A stretch of DNA of 32,000 nucleotides, from assembly GCF_008189405.1 (NCBI RefSeq), contig NZ_CP043316.1, positions 360,001 to 392,000 on the forward strand, written 5' to 3'. The DNA comes from Candidatus Saccharimonadota bacterium (GTDB taxonomy: Bacteria; Pseudomonadota; Alphaproteobacteria; CAJXXZ01; 1604HC). The position numbers were made by a program, and so were the translations under genes. The notes beneath the pieces were generated by a model. It was not told the origin of the DNA. It was given only the letters and a program-made list of their open reading frames with translations, and ran no database searches. Below, piece after piece: positions 16,789-26,087 of this stretch (positions are counted from its first letter, which is position 1; every line of letters begins with the position of its first letter).

Positions 16789-18736
16789 AATACCTCACTA
16801 AATTAATCAGTTTATAATTCATGTTAATGTTTTTAAATCCAAAATCATAATTGTAATATATTGGCAATTTGATTTGCTTCTCAATAATAAAATACAAATC
16901 ACTAAAATTAATTTCAGACAAAAGCACTGTAAAGATTTCGTTCACTGTAACAAAACATAATTTAATATCCCACAAATTATACTTAAATAGCAAATTAGAT
17001 GCAGTTAAAACAATTATATTAATATATAGATTCCTCATTAATAGAATGTCTTTCTGATTTATAGTTGTAAAATACATAAATTTAAATAAGATGCCACTTT
17101 TATTCTGCAATATATAAAAACAATCATAATGCGAATTTATAATAACTGCATTAGCAATATTCAAATTTATTTCCTCATAAATATTAAACATTTTCTTTGT
17201 TATACTATTTTTGACTATATTATGAAAATCCACTATGCTCTGCACTTTATGAATCAAAGCATATGATTTTATTTTTATTTTCATAGCATCTAAAGCAGCA
17301 AAATTACTATTATATAAATATTTTTCTACTTCATTTATATTAAATTCAACAAAATAATTACATAAAATCACTTTTACATGATATGTAATATAATCATCTA
17401 TTTCATAATTGATTGATTTTAATCCTAATATACATTTTACATAGAATATTAAAATATCATCTTTAATATCACGTAGTTTAATAGAAAATATTTTCTTTGG
17501 AATCAAATGTTGTTTTATTTTTAAATCATTAAACTTAAACTGTAATTTCAAAGCACTTTGAGCACAATTATTCTGCACTGTATTTATCGTGATATTTTTT
17601 AATGCCTCAGCATGAATATGAGAAGAAGCATTACATGATATATTTATATTTATATAATTTTCATTAAAGCAAAACAAATCCAAATTATGATTCACAGGAT
17701 TACATATATATAAATTATCTGCAAACAAATATGGAATGGCATTAATAGGAACAATATGATTTTGTAGTTTACACTGCATATTCATATTAAGAGTCATAAT
17801 ATCTTCTAGAAATTTGATATAATCTTTTCTGTTTGTTTTTTCAATCAGATTATATGTATCATTTGTATATTGATCATTTATTTGTATTTTATTTCGAATT
17901 AATTCATCAATACTTTCAATATAATTATTTAGCACTTCAATATTAAATTGTTTGATGAGTTTTATATTGTTATTCCAAATACTTAACAAATCACTTACTT
18001 CAATAACCAATTGCCCAATATAACTTTTATCTATTTGATATATATTCATCAATTCTTTATTCTCATATTCTTTATTTATATTAAGCAATAATTTAGTACA
18101 TTGTAAAAACACAAACCTTTCATATTTATAAGCTTTATCATCAAATACACGTAAATCTGGATTCATACTTAGCAAAGTATTTTTCATAATTTGACTATCA
18201 GTCGCAATAAAATAATGTGTGGTTTTTTGAGTTAACAATTCATTTTTATCTTGAATTGATATGTTATTTCTACTATTTATTGATGGTTTATCATGCCTTT
18301 TAATAGATTCAATAACATATTTAGCTTCCTCTATCACATCTGTGAATTCTAAGCATACACCATTAATTTTTCGTTTTTTTAATATATATATACCATATAA
18401 ATGTATACTATCGGAATGTATAGCATCATATAAATCCATACTTATTTTTCCTTCAATTTCAGCTAAATCATCTGATTGTAATATTAATTTATTAGTACTT
18501 ATTGTTTTATTAGCACTTGTTATAAATGAATCAGCGCTCATATTATTCGTTGATGAATTTTGATTAATCACTAAAGAGCTTAAATTAAATGATCCTGAAT
18601 TAATTGAGTTGATTATTTCATCCAAGCTTGTATATGTAAATTCTATTTTTGGAAAACTATTTTTCAACCAAAATATCCAAGAACTGTCAGATACTACAAC
18701 TTTTTTAGTTTCTTGTAAAAAGAGGTGTAAATTCAT
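16772..18736 (-). CDS. Hypothetical protein, possibly a highly degenerate AddB-like partner of the downstream helicase
   Basis: The 654-aa ORF is N/I/K-rich and is translationally coupled to the helicase gene in the addB-then-addA order. I can recognise no Walker A motif, no intact PD-(D/E)XK motif and no terminal Cys cluster. Confidence 0.45.
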   Translation of the reverse strand: MNLHLFLQETKKVVVSDSSWIFWLKNSFPKIEFTYTSLDEIINSINSGSFNLSSLVINQNSSTNNMSADSFITSANKTISTNKLILQSDDLAEIEGKISMDLYDAIHSDSIHLYGIYILKKRKINGVCLEFTDVIEEAKYVIESIKRHDKPSINSRNNISIQDKNELLTQKTTHYFIATDSQIMKNTLLSMNPDLRVFDDKAYKYERFVFLQCTKLLLNINKEYENKELMNIYQIDKSYIGQLVIEVSDLLSIWNNNIKLIKQFNIEVLNNYIESIDELIRNKIQINDQYTNDTYNLIEKTNRKDYIKFLEDIMTLNMNMQCKLQNHIVPINAIPYLFADNLYICNPVNHNLDLFCFNENYININISCNASSHIHAEALKNITINTVQNNCAQSALKLQFKFNDLKIKQHLIPKKIFSIKLRDIKDDILIFYVKCILGLKSINYEIDDYITYHVKVILCNYFVEFNINEVEKYLYNSNFAALDAMKIKIKSYALIHKVQSIVDFHNIVKNSITKKMFNIYEEINLNIANAVIINSHYDCFYILQNKSGILFKFMYFTTINQKDILLMRNLYINIIVLTASNLLFKYNLWDIKLCFVTVNEIFTVLLSEINFSDLYFIIEKQIKLPIYYNYDFGFKNINMNYKLINLVRYYDYMG

Positions 18737-18751
18737 CTATTAATGATTTTT

Positions 18752-20842
18752 TTACCTAAATATAAACTTAATTATCAAAATAGCAATAATATTAACCATT
18801 TTAATCATAGGGTTTAACGCTGGACCAGATGTATCTTTATAAGGGTCTCCAACAGTATCTCCAGTCACAGCAGCTTTATGGGAATCAGAGCCTTTTCCAC
18901 CATAGTTACCATCTTCTATGTATTTCTTAGCATTATCCCAAGCACCACCACCTGTAGTCATAGAAATTGCAAGCAATATACCAACTAATGTTACACCTGT
19001 AATTAATCCACCCATTCCAGCAAATGCATTTGCAAATCTAGCAGATGGTTCAATTAGTAAACAAATCAAGAAGAAGAATATTGTACCACCAAACACAACA
19101 GCAATAGGTGCAAACATGCTTTTAATAGATTTTTCAGTCAACATACTCACTGTACGTGCGTAGTCAGGTTTAGATTCTCCTGTCATTATTTTTGGATCAT
19201 TATCAAATTGATTCCTCACTTCATCAACAACAGATTCTCCTACTACAGCAACAGAATTCATTGAGAAAGAACTATACCAATATGTCAAAGCTCCACCAAT
19301 TAACAAACCAGACATAACAAATACATTATCTAATCTAAAAATATTTTTAGATAACAACGTAAATTCATAAGTATCTTGAATATATGTATAAAGAATAATA
19401 ATAGCAGCTAACGCCGTAGATCCAACTGCATAACCTTTTGTTAATGCTTTTGTAGTATTTCCAATAGCATCTAACTCATCTGTTCTTTCTCTAACTTCAG
19501 GATCTTGCCCAGACATTTCTGCAATACCACCAGCATTATCTGTAATTGGACCATATGCATCCAAAGTAACAATAGAGGTAATCATTCCAAGCATTGAGAT
19601 AACACTAATTCCAATACCTTGTAATCCTAATGCAGAATAAGAAACTAACATTGCAACTACAATTGATGCAATTACTCCAAAACAAGATTCCATTGAAATA
19701 GACAATCCAGTAATAATATTCATTGCATGACCTGATTTTGAAGACCTAGCAATTTTATGTACAGGATTATAGTCACTTGAAGTATAATAATTTGTAATTA
19801 AAACTAAAGCAAAAGTTACAAAGATACCCATAGAAAAAGGTATCGAAATCATTGCTGCAGCATTGAAATTCATAACATGATGTAAAAATGCAAAGTTCAT
19901 TACTAGTGAAAACAACGCAGATCTAATTAAAATAGATGCTAAACTAGATAATGGGCTACGTCCCATTCTGTTAACAGATAGAATAGCAATGTAACATCCT
20001 AAGCTACAGATCATTGCTATAATAAATGGATAATTAAACATAAATGCATCATTCATACTATTGATCATACTTTTCATAATGCATAAAACAGCCATAAATC
20101 CTACAATATATGTTTCAAATAGATCTGCAGAAGTTCCAGCACAGTCACCTACATTATCACCTACATTATCAGCAATTACAGCAGGATTTCTTGGGTCATC
20201 CTCTGGTATATTTTTTTCGATTTTACCAACAAGGTCAGCACCTACATCAGCAGCTTTAGTAAAAATTCCACCACCTAATCTAGCAAAAACAGAAACTACA
20301 GAGGCTCCAAAACTAAGCCCAAGCAACAAATCAAGAACGTATTGAACATTCATTCCTTTTACTATCATAAAAAAACATGCAGCAACACACATCATTGATA
20401 TTCCACCAACAACAAATCCTGTAGCTTTTCCTGCCTTCAAAGCAATATTAAAAGCATCGCTTAGCCCTTTCTTAGCTTCTTGTGCAGTTCTCATATTACT
20501 CATAACAGCAATATGCATTCCAATCACACCGCATAATCCAGATAAAAAACTTCCTATAATAAATCCAGATACAACATATATATTAAAAATAAAATACATT
20601 AATGCAGCAGAAATAACAGAAACTAATGCAACATATGTATATTGCTTTTTTAAATAAGCTTGAGCAGCATCTTTAATTGCGTTTCCAATTTCTCTCATAG
20701 ATTGATTCTGCACACCATTTGCAGACAATTTACGCAAATCATCAACTTCAATATTAACAATTTGACTATAATAATAATAAGCATGCACAAGCGGTAATAT
20801 GAAACTCAACCCAAAACATGCGTAATAAATAGTTATAAACAT
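18752..20842 (-). CDS. hppA: Membrane-bound H+-translocating pyrophosphatase, K+-independent type
   Basis: The signature motifs are present: AADVGADLVGK, DNVGDNVGDCAG..ADLFETY and AIGNTTKALTKGYAVGS. The Lys in GNTTKA marks K+-independent enzymes. An AGGAG sits 8 nt upstream of the ATG. Confidence 0.93.
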   Translation of the reverse strand: MFITIYYACFGLSFILPLVHAYYYYSQIVNIEVDDLRKLSANGVQNQSMREIGNAIKDAAQAYLKKQYTYVALVSVISAALMYFIFNIYVVSGFIIGSFLSGLCGVIGMHIAVMSNMRTAQEAKKGLSDAFNIALKAGKATGFVVGGISMMCVAACFFMIVKGMNVQYVLDLLLGLSFGASVVSVFARLGGGIFTKAADVGADLVGKIEKNIPEDDPRNPAVIADNVGDNVGDCAGTSADLFETYIVGFMAVLCIMKSMINSMNDAFMFNYPFIIAMICSLGCYIAILSVNRMGRSPLSSLASILIRSALFSLVMNFAFLHHVMNFNAAAMISIPFSMGIFVTFALVLITNYYTSSDYNPVHKIARSSKSGHAMNIITGLSISMESCFGVIASIVVAMLVSYSALGLQGIGISVISMLGMITSIVTLDAYGPITDNAGGIAEMSGQDPEVRERTDELDAIGNTTKALTKGYAVGSTALAAIIILYTYIQDTYEFTLLSKNIFRLDNVFVMSGLLIGGALTYWYSSFSMNSVAVVGESVVDEVRNQFDNDPKIMTGESKPDYARTVSMLTEKSIKSMFAPIAVVFGGTIFFFLICLLIEPSARFANAFAGMGGLITGVTLVGILLAISMTTGGGAWDNAKKYIEDGNYGGKGSDSHKAAVTGDTVGDPYKDTSGPALNPMIKMVNIIAILIIKFIFR

Positions 20843-21160
20843 TCTAACTCCTATAAATTCACTTATTGAAATATTTACATACTAAGCAATACTAATCAAT
20901 ACTAACAAGTATCAATCATGCTCCAAATCTAAACACCAACTACCATATAAATCTCAATATTTAATCATGTTATTTGGTCAATATAATGTTAATTAATCAC
21001 CTTATAAATATAATTAGTCATCTGATGAATATACAGTTTATATATAGGTGTATAGGACTTTCGGATAGCACTTTACATCCTCATATATTATATAAATATA
21101 TAGATTGCACGTATAGGTTATTAAAATATCAATCATTTATCACCATAATTTAAAAGTATT

Positions 21161-21262
21161 TGTGGAAACATTTATACCTAGTTTTGCACAGCCTGTGGAA
21201 AACTTTGTTAATAACTTCCCATGAAATCCCATTGACTCCCTCTCTAACCCCATGATACATTT
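21161..21262. promoter_or_regulatory. Candidate mraZ/dcw operator. It has two TGTGGAAA boxes (21161-21168 and 21194-21201) and four CCC motifs phased at exactly 10 bp (21228, 21238, 21248, 21258).
   Basis: Read directly, 21221-21260 parses as ataacttCCC atgaaatCCC attgactCCC tctctaaCCC. On the minus strand these read TGGGG/AGGGA/TGGGA/TGGGA with 5-nt spacers. The array ends 8 nt before the mraZ ATG. Confidence 0.45.
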
Positions 21263-21268
21263 TTATCA

Positions 21269-21697
21269 ATGAATGTGTTTCTTTCTACCTACGAGAAAAA
21301 AATAGACAAAAAAGGTAGAGTATCTACACCTGGTAGTTTTAGAAATATATTATCCAAAGAATCATTCAATGGATTTATTGCATTTAAGTCATACTTTTTG
21401 CCTACTATAGATTGTTTTGGCATTTCAAAGATGGAAAAACTTAGTGATAAACTAGAAAATGAAAATCCGTTTACAAATCATGAATCAAACGTAGAAGAAA
21501 ATGCATTTGCAGATGCTATAATGATACAATTTGATAATGAAGGCCGTGCAACTATATCAAAAGACCTGCTTGAACATGCACAAATCTCTTCAGACTTACT
21601 ATTTATAGGAAAAGGATCAACTTTCCAGATCTGGGAGCCAAACTTATTCCAAGAACATCAAGAAAATATGAGAAAAAGAATCAAAAAGGAAATATAA
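21269..21697 (+). CDS. mraZ: Transcriptional regulator MraZ
   Basis: The N-terminus MNVFLSTYEKKIDKKGRVSTPGSFR matches the MraZ pattern (DxKGRxxxP). A second half repeat, FDNEGRATISKDL, is present. The gene lies first in the dcw cluster. Confidence 0.9.
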   Translation: MNVFLSTYEKKIDKKGRVSTPGSFRNILSKESFNGFIAFKSYFLPTIDCFGISKMEKLSDKLENENPFTNHESNVEENAFADAIMIQFDNEGRATISKDLLEHAQISSDLLFIGKGSTFQIWEPNLFQEHQENMRKRIKKEI

Positions 21698-22542
21698 TGC
21701 ATACATTAATGCAAAAACATATATCTGTTTTAATGAAAGAAGTAATACAAATTTTAAGACCATCTAATTCAAAAATATTTGCTGATATGACATTTGGATT
21801 AGGGGGACATACCAAAGAGCTTTTATCATATGGTTGTAAAGTTATCGGACTTGATAGAGATTTGAATTCATATAAATATGGGAAAATACTAGAATCTCAT
21901 AATCAAAATTTTACATTTAAAAGATCTAAATTCAGTGAAATTCATGGAAAAATACCTTTATTAGATGGTGTGTTAATGGACCTTGGAGTTTCATCTGTAC
22001 AATTAGATGAAGCAGATAGAGGTTTTTCATTTATGAGAGATGGCCCTCTTAGTATGCAAATGGGGTTAAATGAGATTTCTGCTGCAAATATTGTTAATAC
22101 TTGGAATGAGAATGATATAGCTGACATTCTATATTATTATGCTGATGAAACTAGATCACGATCTATAGCTAAAAGAATAATTGAAGCAAGAAAAAACAAA
22201 GAAATAACTACAACCCTAGAATTAGCTGATATTATTTATCCAGGCAAGAAAAAACAAAAAATTCATCCAGCCACCAAATCTTTTCAAGCATTACGAATTG
22301 CTACAAATGAAGAATTAGAAGAGTTATGCATAGGCCTTGAAATTGCAAGTCAAAAATTAAAAATAGGAGGCAAGTTGGTTGTGATCTCGTTTCATTCTAT
22401 AGAAGACAGAATTATTAAACGCTTTTTTAAAAAATCCAGATTTCTTCTGAAAAAGCCCCAACCTTTGTTCCCTACCAAAGAAGAAACTAAATATAATATA
22501 AGATCAAGATCTGCAAAGTTGAGATGGGGAATCAAAATATGA
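21697..22542 (+). CDS. rsmH: 16S rRNA (cytosine1402-N4)-methyltransferase RsmH/MraW
   Basis: Motifs HISVLMKEV, DMTFGLGGHT, MDLGVSS.QLD...RGFSF and SFHSIEDRIIK are present. The start overlaps the mraZ stop by 1 nt (TAATG). Confidence 0.92.
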   Translation: MHTLMQKHISVLMKEVIQILRPSNSKIFADMTFGLGGHTKELLSYGCKVIGLDRDLNSYKYGKILESHNQNFTFKRSKFSEIHGKIPLLDGVLMDLGVSSVQLDEADRGFSFMRDGPLSMQMGLNEISAANIVNTWNENDIADILYYYADETRSRSIAKRIIEARKNKEITTTLELADIIYPGKKKQKIHPATKSFQALRIATNEELEELCIGLEIASQKLKIGGKLVVISFHSIEDRIIKRFFKKSRFLLKKPQPLFPTKEETKYNIRSRSAKLRWGIKI

Positions 22543-22784
22543 AAATTCTTAATATCGCTATCGCAGTACTAACTTTAAATTTAATAGTATTACACTATAA
22601 AAACTCTAAAACAAAAAATAATATTAGTAATTTAAAAATAAGTATGATTAAGCAACAACAAATCTTAAATCAACAAAAAATTATTTTATCTAATTTAAGT
22701 CATCCAGAGAGATTAACCAGATCATCTCAAGTGCTCACGAATTATGGGCCAACTAATGTTAGGCAATTTATTAAGATAACATGA
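22539..22784 (+). CDS. ftsL: Cell division protein FtsL-like (small bitopic membrane protein)
   Basis: The gene sits between rsmH and ftsI. It encodes a single TM segment (ILNIAIAVLTLNLIVL), then a Q-rich coiled segment and PERL. The ATG overlaps the rsmH stop (ATGA). An in-frame ATG at 22524 is the alternative start. Confidence 0.65.
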   Translation: MKILNIAIAVLTLNLIVLHYKNSKTKNNISNLKISMIKQQQILNQQKIILSNLSHPERLTRSSQVLTNYGPTNVRQFIKIT

Positions 22785-22816
22785 GTATGCAGTATGCCAA
22801 ATAGCGTGAGAATAGC

Positions 22817-24304
22817 ATGAGAAGTAAATTTATCTTTTCATCATTTATAATATTTTATAGTATATTGTTATTTAGAATTGGATTTTTATCTTATAAAGCT
22901 CCTGTAAGAAAGTTTTATAATAAAGTAGAAGTAAGGAAAGAAATACTAGATTGTCAGAATGAAGTATTAGCTTTTACAGAAGAAACCAAATCAATCTATT
23001 GCATCCCACACCAACTAAATAGTAATAGTATATCGTTTATCAAGCAAACATTTAATATAGATATCAACATACACAAGAAGAAATCATTTTTATGGTTAAA
23101 AAGACATGCAAGTCAAAATGAAATAAATGTAAGTAAGCATAAAAAAGGCATAATCATTATTAAAGATCATAGAAGAGTATATCCATATGCAAACAACACT
23201 TCTCATATTATTGGGTACTGTGATAGAAATCTTCATGGCAAATCTGGAGCTGAATTATCATTTAATACTTCGTTGATTAATAATACATTACAATTAACTA
23301 TTGATATTAGGATCCAAAACATATTGCACAATATTATCAAAGAAATTTCTGAAGAGTTTGAGAGTGAAGATGCGTCAGGAATTATTGTAGATGTTGAATC
23401 TGGGGAAGTAAAAGCTATGGTTTCATACCCTTCTCCCAATTCGAACATTCCATCTACATATTTGAAAAAAGAAAATAGAAATCATAATTTATCTGCAATA
23501 GAAGTTGGATCCATATTAAAATTACATAATGCTGCAATGTGTTTAGAAAACCAAATTGTAAATTTAGATAGCGTAGTTGATGCTACTGGAACATTACAAA
23601 TAGGAGAGTTTGAAGTTACAGACTTTTTTGGTAAAGATAAGAAAATGACATTTTTAGAATCTGTGAGATTTTCATCTAACATTGCTACTGGAAGATTAGC
23701 ACTTGAAATAGGTGTCGATAAACAAAAGAATTTCTTCAGAAAGATTGGATTCTTAAATCATATCGAATGGTTACCAAATCAATTTGCAAAACCATTACTC
23801 CCTAAAAGGTGGGGTAAGTCTACTGTAGTAACTGCATCATATGGTTACGGCATAGGATTAACTTCACTGCATATCACACAAAGCTTGATGCGTATTCTCA
23901 GTGGGAAATCACGAAATATTACATTTTATGCATCAAATAATCAAAGCAATAAAGAAGAAAAGATAATTAGCAAGCATACTATAGAATCAATTAAAATCAT
24001 CATGAGAACAATTATTAAATCAGCGTATAGGAGTATCAACATAGATGGATATGAGATAGGAGGAAAAACAGGAACTGCAAATATGTGTGAGAATGGAGTG
24101 TATGTAGAAGGTAAAAACAGAGTATCTTACTTGGGTGCTTTCCCAATGCATAGGCCAAAATATATTTTCTTAATACAAACAACCAATCCAAAAAAATCAA
24201 AATTAAAATATGGTAGATATGTTGTTGCATCTAACGTTTTAACACAAAAAGTAAGATATGCTGTACAAGAAATTGCATCTATAGAAAATATCGAGCCTAT
24301 ATAA
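22817..24304 (+). CDS. ftsI: Penicillin-binding protein 3 (FtsI), transpeptidase
   Basis: The protein has an N-terminal TM anchor. All three active-site motifs are present: SxxK (GSILK), SxN (SSN) and KTG (GGKTGTA). The gene is in the dcw position. Confidence 0.88.
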   Translation: MRSKFIFSSFIIFYSILLFRIGFLSYKAPVRKFYNKVEVRKEILDCQNEVLAFTEETKSIYCIPHQLNSNSISFIKQTFNIDINIHKKKSFLWLKRHASQNEINVSKHKKGIIIIKDHRRVYPYANNTSHIIGYCDRNLHGKSGAELSFNTSLINNTLQLTIDIRIQNILHNIIKEISEEFESEDASGIIVDVESGEVKAMVSYPSPNSNIPSTYLKKENRNHNLSAIEVGSILKLHNAAMCLENQIVNLDSVVDATGTLQIGEFEVTDFFGKDKKMTFLESVRFSSNIATGRLALEIGVDKQKNFFRKIGFLNHIEWLPNQFAKPLLPKRWGKSTVVTASYGYGIGLTSLHITQSLMRILSGKSRNITFYASNNQSNKEEKIISKHTIESIKIIMRTIIKSAYRSINIDGYEIGGKTGTANMCENGVYVEGKNRVSYLGAFPMHRPKYIFLIQTTNPKKSKLKYGRYVVASNVLTQKVRYAVQEIASIENIEPI

Positions 24305-24479
24305 AACAAATTAAGGCAGAACATATAACAAATATAGTATAATTATAATACACATTAGAACATAAGCTGTATCTTGCATTGATATATACAATTGCATTTA
24401 GGTGATAAGAAAATTAAATATTCATCTATACATTGATCCATAGCACCTAAATTTATATACTGAGATAATACATATTACT

Positions 24480-26087
24480 ATGAAAATTAATTGCTTAAAA
24501 TTTAAAAATTTATACAGTCAAGATTTGGAAACGTGCAATACGGAGTCAAATATAAAAATTAATTCAATTTGTAAACATACAAATTATTTAGATCAGTCTG
24601 AGTGGTTTTTGAATGAAAATAAAAATAGTAATAAAAACTTACTAAAAGCTATAGAACACAATAAAAATATTATTAACTGCAATTTAAGTAAGGTTATGAG
24701 TTATGATGAAATCAAAGCTATAGATTGTAAAATAAATTATATAGAATCTATAAATCCACAGAAAACATGGTCAGAATTAGCTTCAATTGCATTTCCAGGC
24801 AAACCAAAATTCATCGCTTTAATCACTGGAACAGATGGTAAGACTTCCACTGCATGGATCACATATAAAACATGGCAACTATTAGGAATCAAAGCTGGTT
24901 ATATAGGCACTTTAGGCATTTTCTTGCATGAAGAAAAATTTGAATCAAACTTAACTACACCTGATAGCGCCGTACTACACTACTATTTAAATGAAATGAA
25001 AAAATTAGGAATAGAGCATGTTGCTATAGAAGCATCTAGTATTGGATTAGAACGCGAAAGATTAGCATTTATAAAGGCAGATATCGCTATTTTCACTACT
25101 TTCACATCAGATCACTTAGATTATCACCATAATGCTGATAATTATTTAAACGCAAAATTAAAAATTTTAGAAAACATATCATCTAGTAAAGATTTATTTA
25201 TGCACACTTCAATCAAAGAAAGTAATAATTATAAGGAGAAAATAGAGAGCTTAATAAAGATATCAACAAATTCTATAGAAAGCACTATGCAAAATGCAAC
25301 CAATAAAATACATAATCGATATGAACCAAAGAATCAATATGGAAATGGATCAAAATTTAGTGCATTTTATAAAAATAATTATTGGGTTTTTAATATTCGT
25401 AATAATACTTATCATATACAGAATAAATTAATTGGGAATTATAATGGAGATAATATGCTTGCTGCTTTTTTGATAATTGAAAAAAGTGGGTTTATGGAAA
25501 ATGAAATCATCAATACGTTTGCTAAACTACAGCCAGTCCCTGGCAGATTAAGTTTAATCGATAATATAAATAATTGTGATATCTTTGTGGATTTCGCTCA
25601 TACTCCAGATTCATTAAAACATACTTTGACAACTCTTAATCAACATTATAAAAAAATAAATATAGTTTTTGGATGCGGTGGGGATCGTGATAAATCAAAG
25701 CGTAAAGAGATGGGATTAATTGCAGATCAACTTGCAGACAATGTAATTATTACCAATGATAATCCTAGATCAGAGGACCCACAAAAAATAGCAGATGAAA
25801 TTAAATCTAAATGTGCAAAAGCTAAAATCATACTAAATAGAAGAGAAGCAATGAGATATAGCATTGATCAACTATCACAAAACCATAAACATAGCCCAGA
25901 TAAATCAAAGCAAATCAATAAACATAATTCAGAAAAATCAGAACAAACATTACTAAAGAGTCAAGAAGTACTATTAATTGCTGGTAAAGGTGAGGAAACA
26001 ACTCAAACCTTCCATGATCGTATTGAAGAATTCCATGACCAATCAGTAATAAATGAAATAATCACACTCAAAAATCAAAAACTGTAG
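24480..26087 (+). CDS. murE: UDP-N-acetylmuramoyl-L-alanyl-D-glutamate--2,6-diaminopimelate ligase
   Basis: The P-loop ITGTDGKTST is present. The DNPR motif (TNDNPRSEDP) is specific for meso-DAP-adding MurE. GKGEE lies near the C-terminus. There are two N/K/S-rich insertions. Confidence 0.9.
   Translation: MKINCLKFKNLYSQDLETCNTESNIKINSICKHTNYLDQSEWFLNENKNSNKNLLKAIEHNKNIINCNLSKVMSYDEIKAIDCKINYIESINPQKTWSELASIAFPGKPKFIALITGTDGKTSTAWITYKTWQLLGIKAGYIGTLGIFLHEEKFESNLTTPDSAVLHYYLNEMKKLGIEHVAIEASSIGLERERLAFIKADIAIFTTFTSDHLDYHHNADNYLNAKLKILENISSSKDLFMHTSIKESNNYKEKIESLIKISTNSIESTMQNATNKIHNRYEPKNQYGNGSKFSAFYKNNYWVFNIRNNTYHIQNKLIGNYNGDNMLAAFLIIEKSGFMENEIINTFAKLQPVPGRLSLIDNINNCDIFVDFAHTPDSLKHTLTTLNQHYKKINIVFGCGGDRDKSKRKEMGLIADQLADNVIITNDNPRSEDPQKIADEIKSKCAKAKIILNRREAMRYSIDQLSQNHKHSPDKSKQINKHNSEKSEQTLLKSQEVLLIAGKGEETTQTFHDRIEEFHDQSVINEIITLKNQKL

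Noticed and set aside
14404-18736. The helicase plus large unknown protein considered as a Gabija-, Hachiman- or other helicase-based anti-phage defence pair
   Set aside because: The partner has no Walker A/ABC ATPase, TOPRIM or other nuclease motif that I can see. The gene order, the overlap and the AddA-type motif Ia fit addB-addA. The neighbours (hppA, rpsD) are core genes, not a defence island.
18918-20345. ORFs 18918..19163 and 20061..20345, antisense to hppA
   Set aside because: They lie inside a strongly supported CDS in its least AT-rich parts. Their composition is the mirror image of the Gly/Ala-rich sense frame.
21161-21201. The two TGTGGAAA boxes considered as DnaA boxes (the reverse complements TTTCCACA and TTTTCCACA fit TTWTNCACA) marking oriC
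   Set aside because: There are only two boxes. There is no adjacent dnaA or hemE, and no obvious AT-rich unwinding repeats beyond background. The position directly upstream of mraZ favours an operator reading. This could be revisited with a GC-skew analysis of the whole genome.
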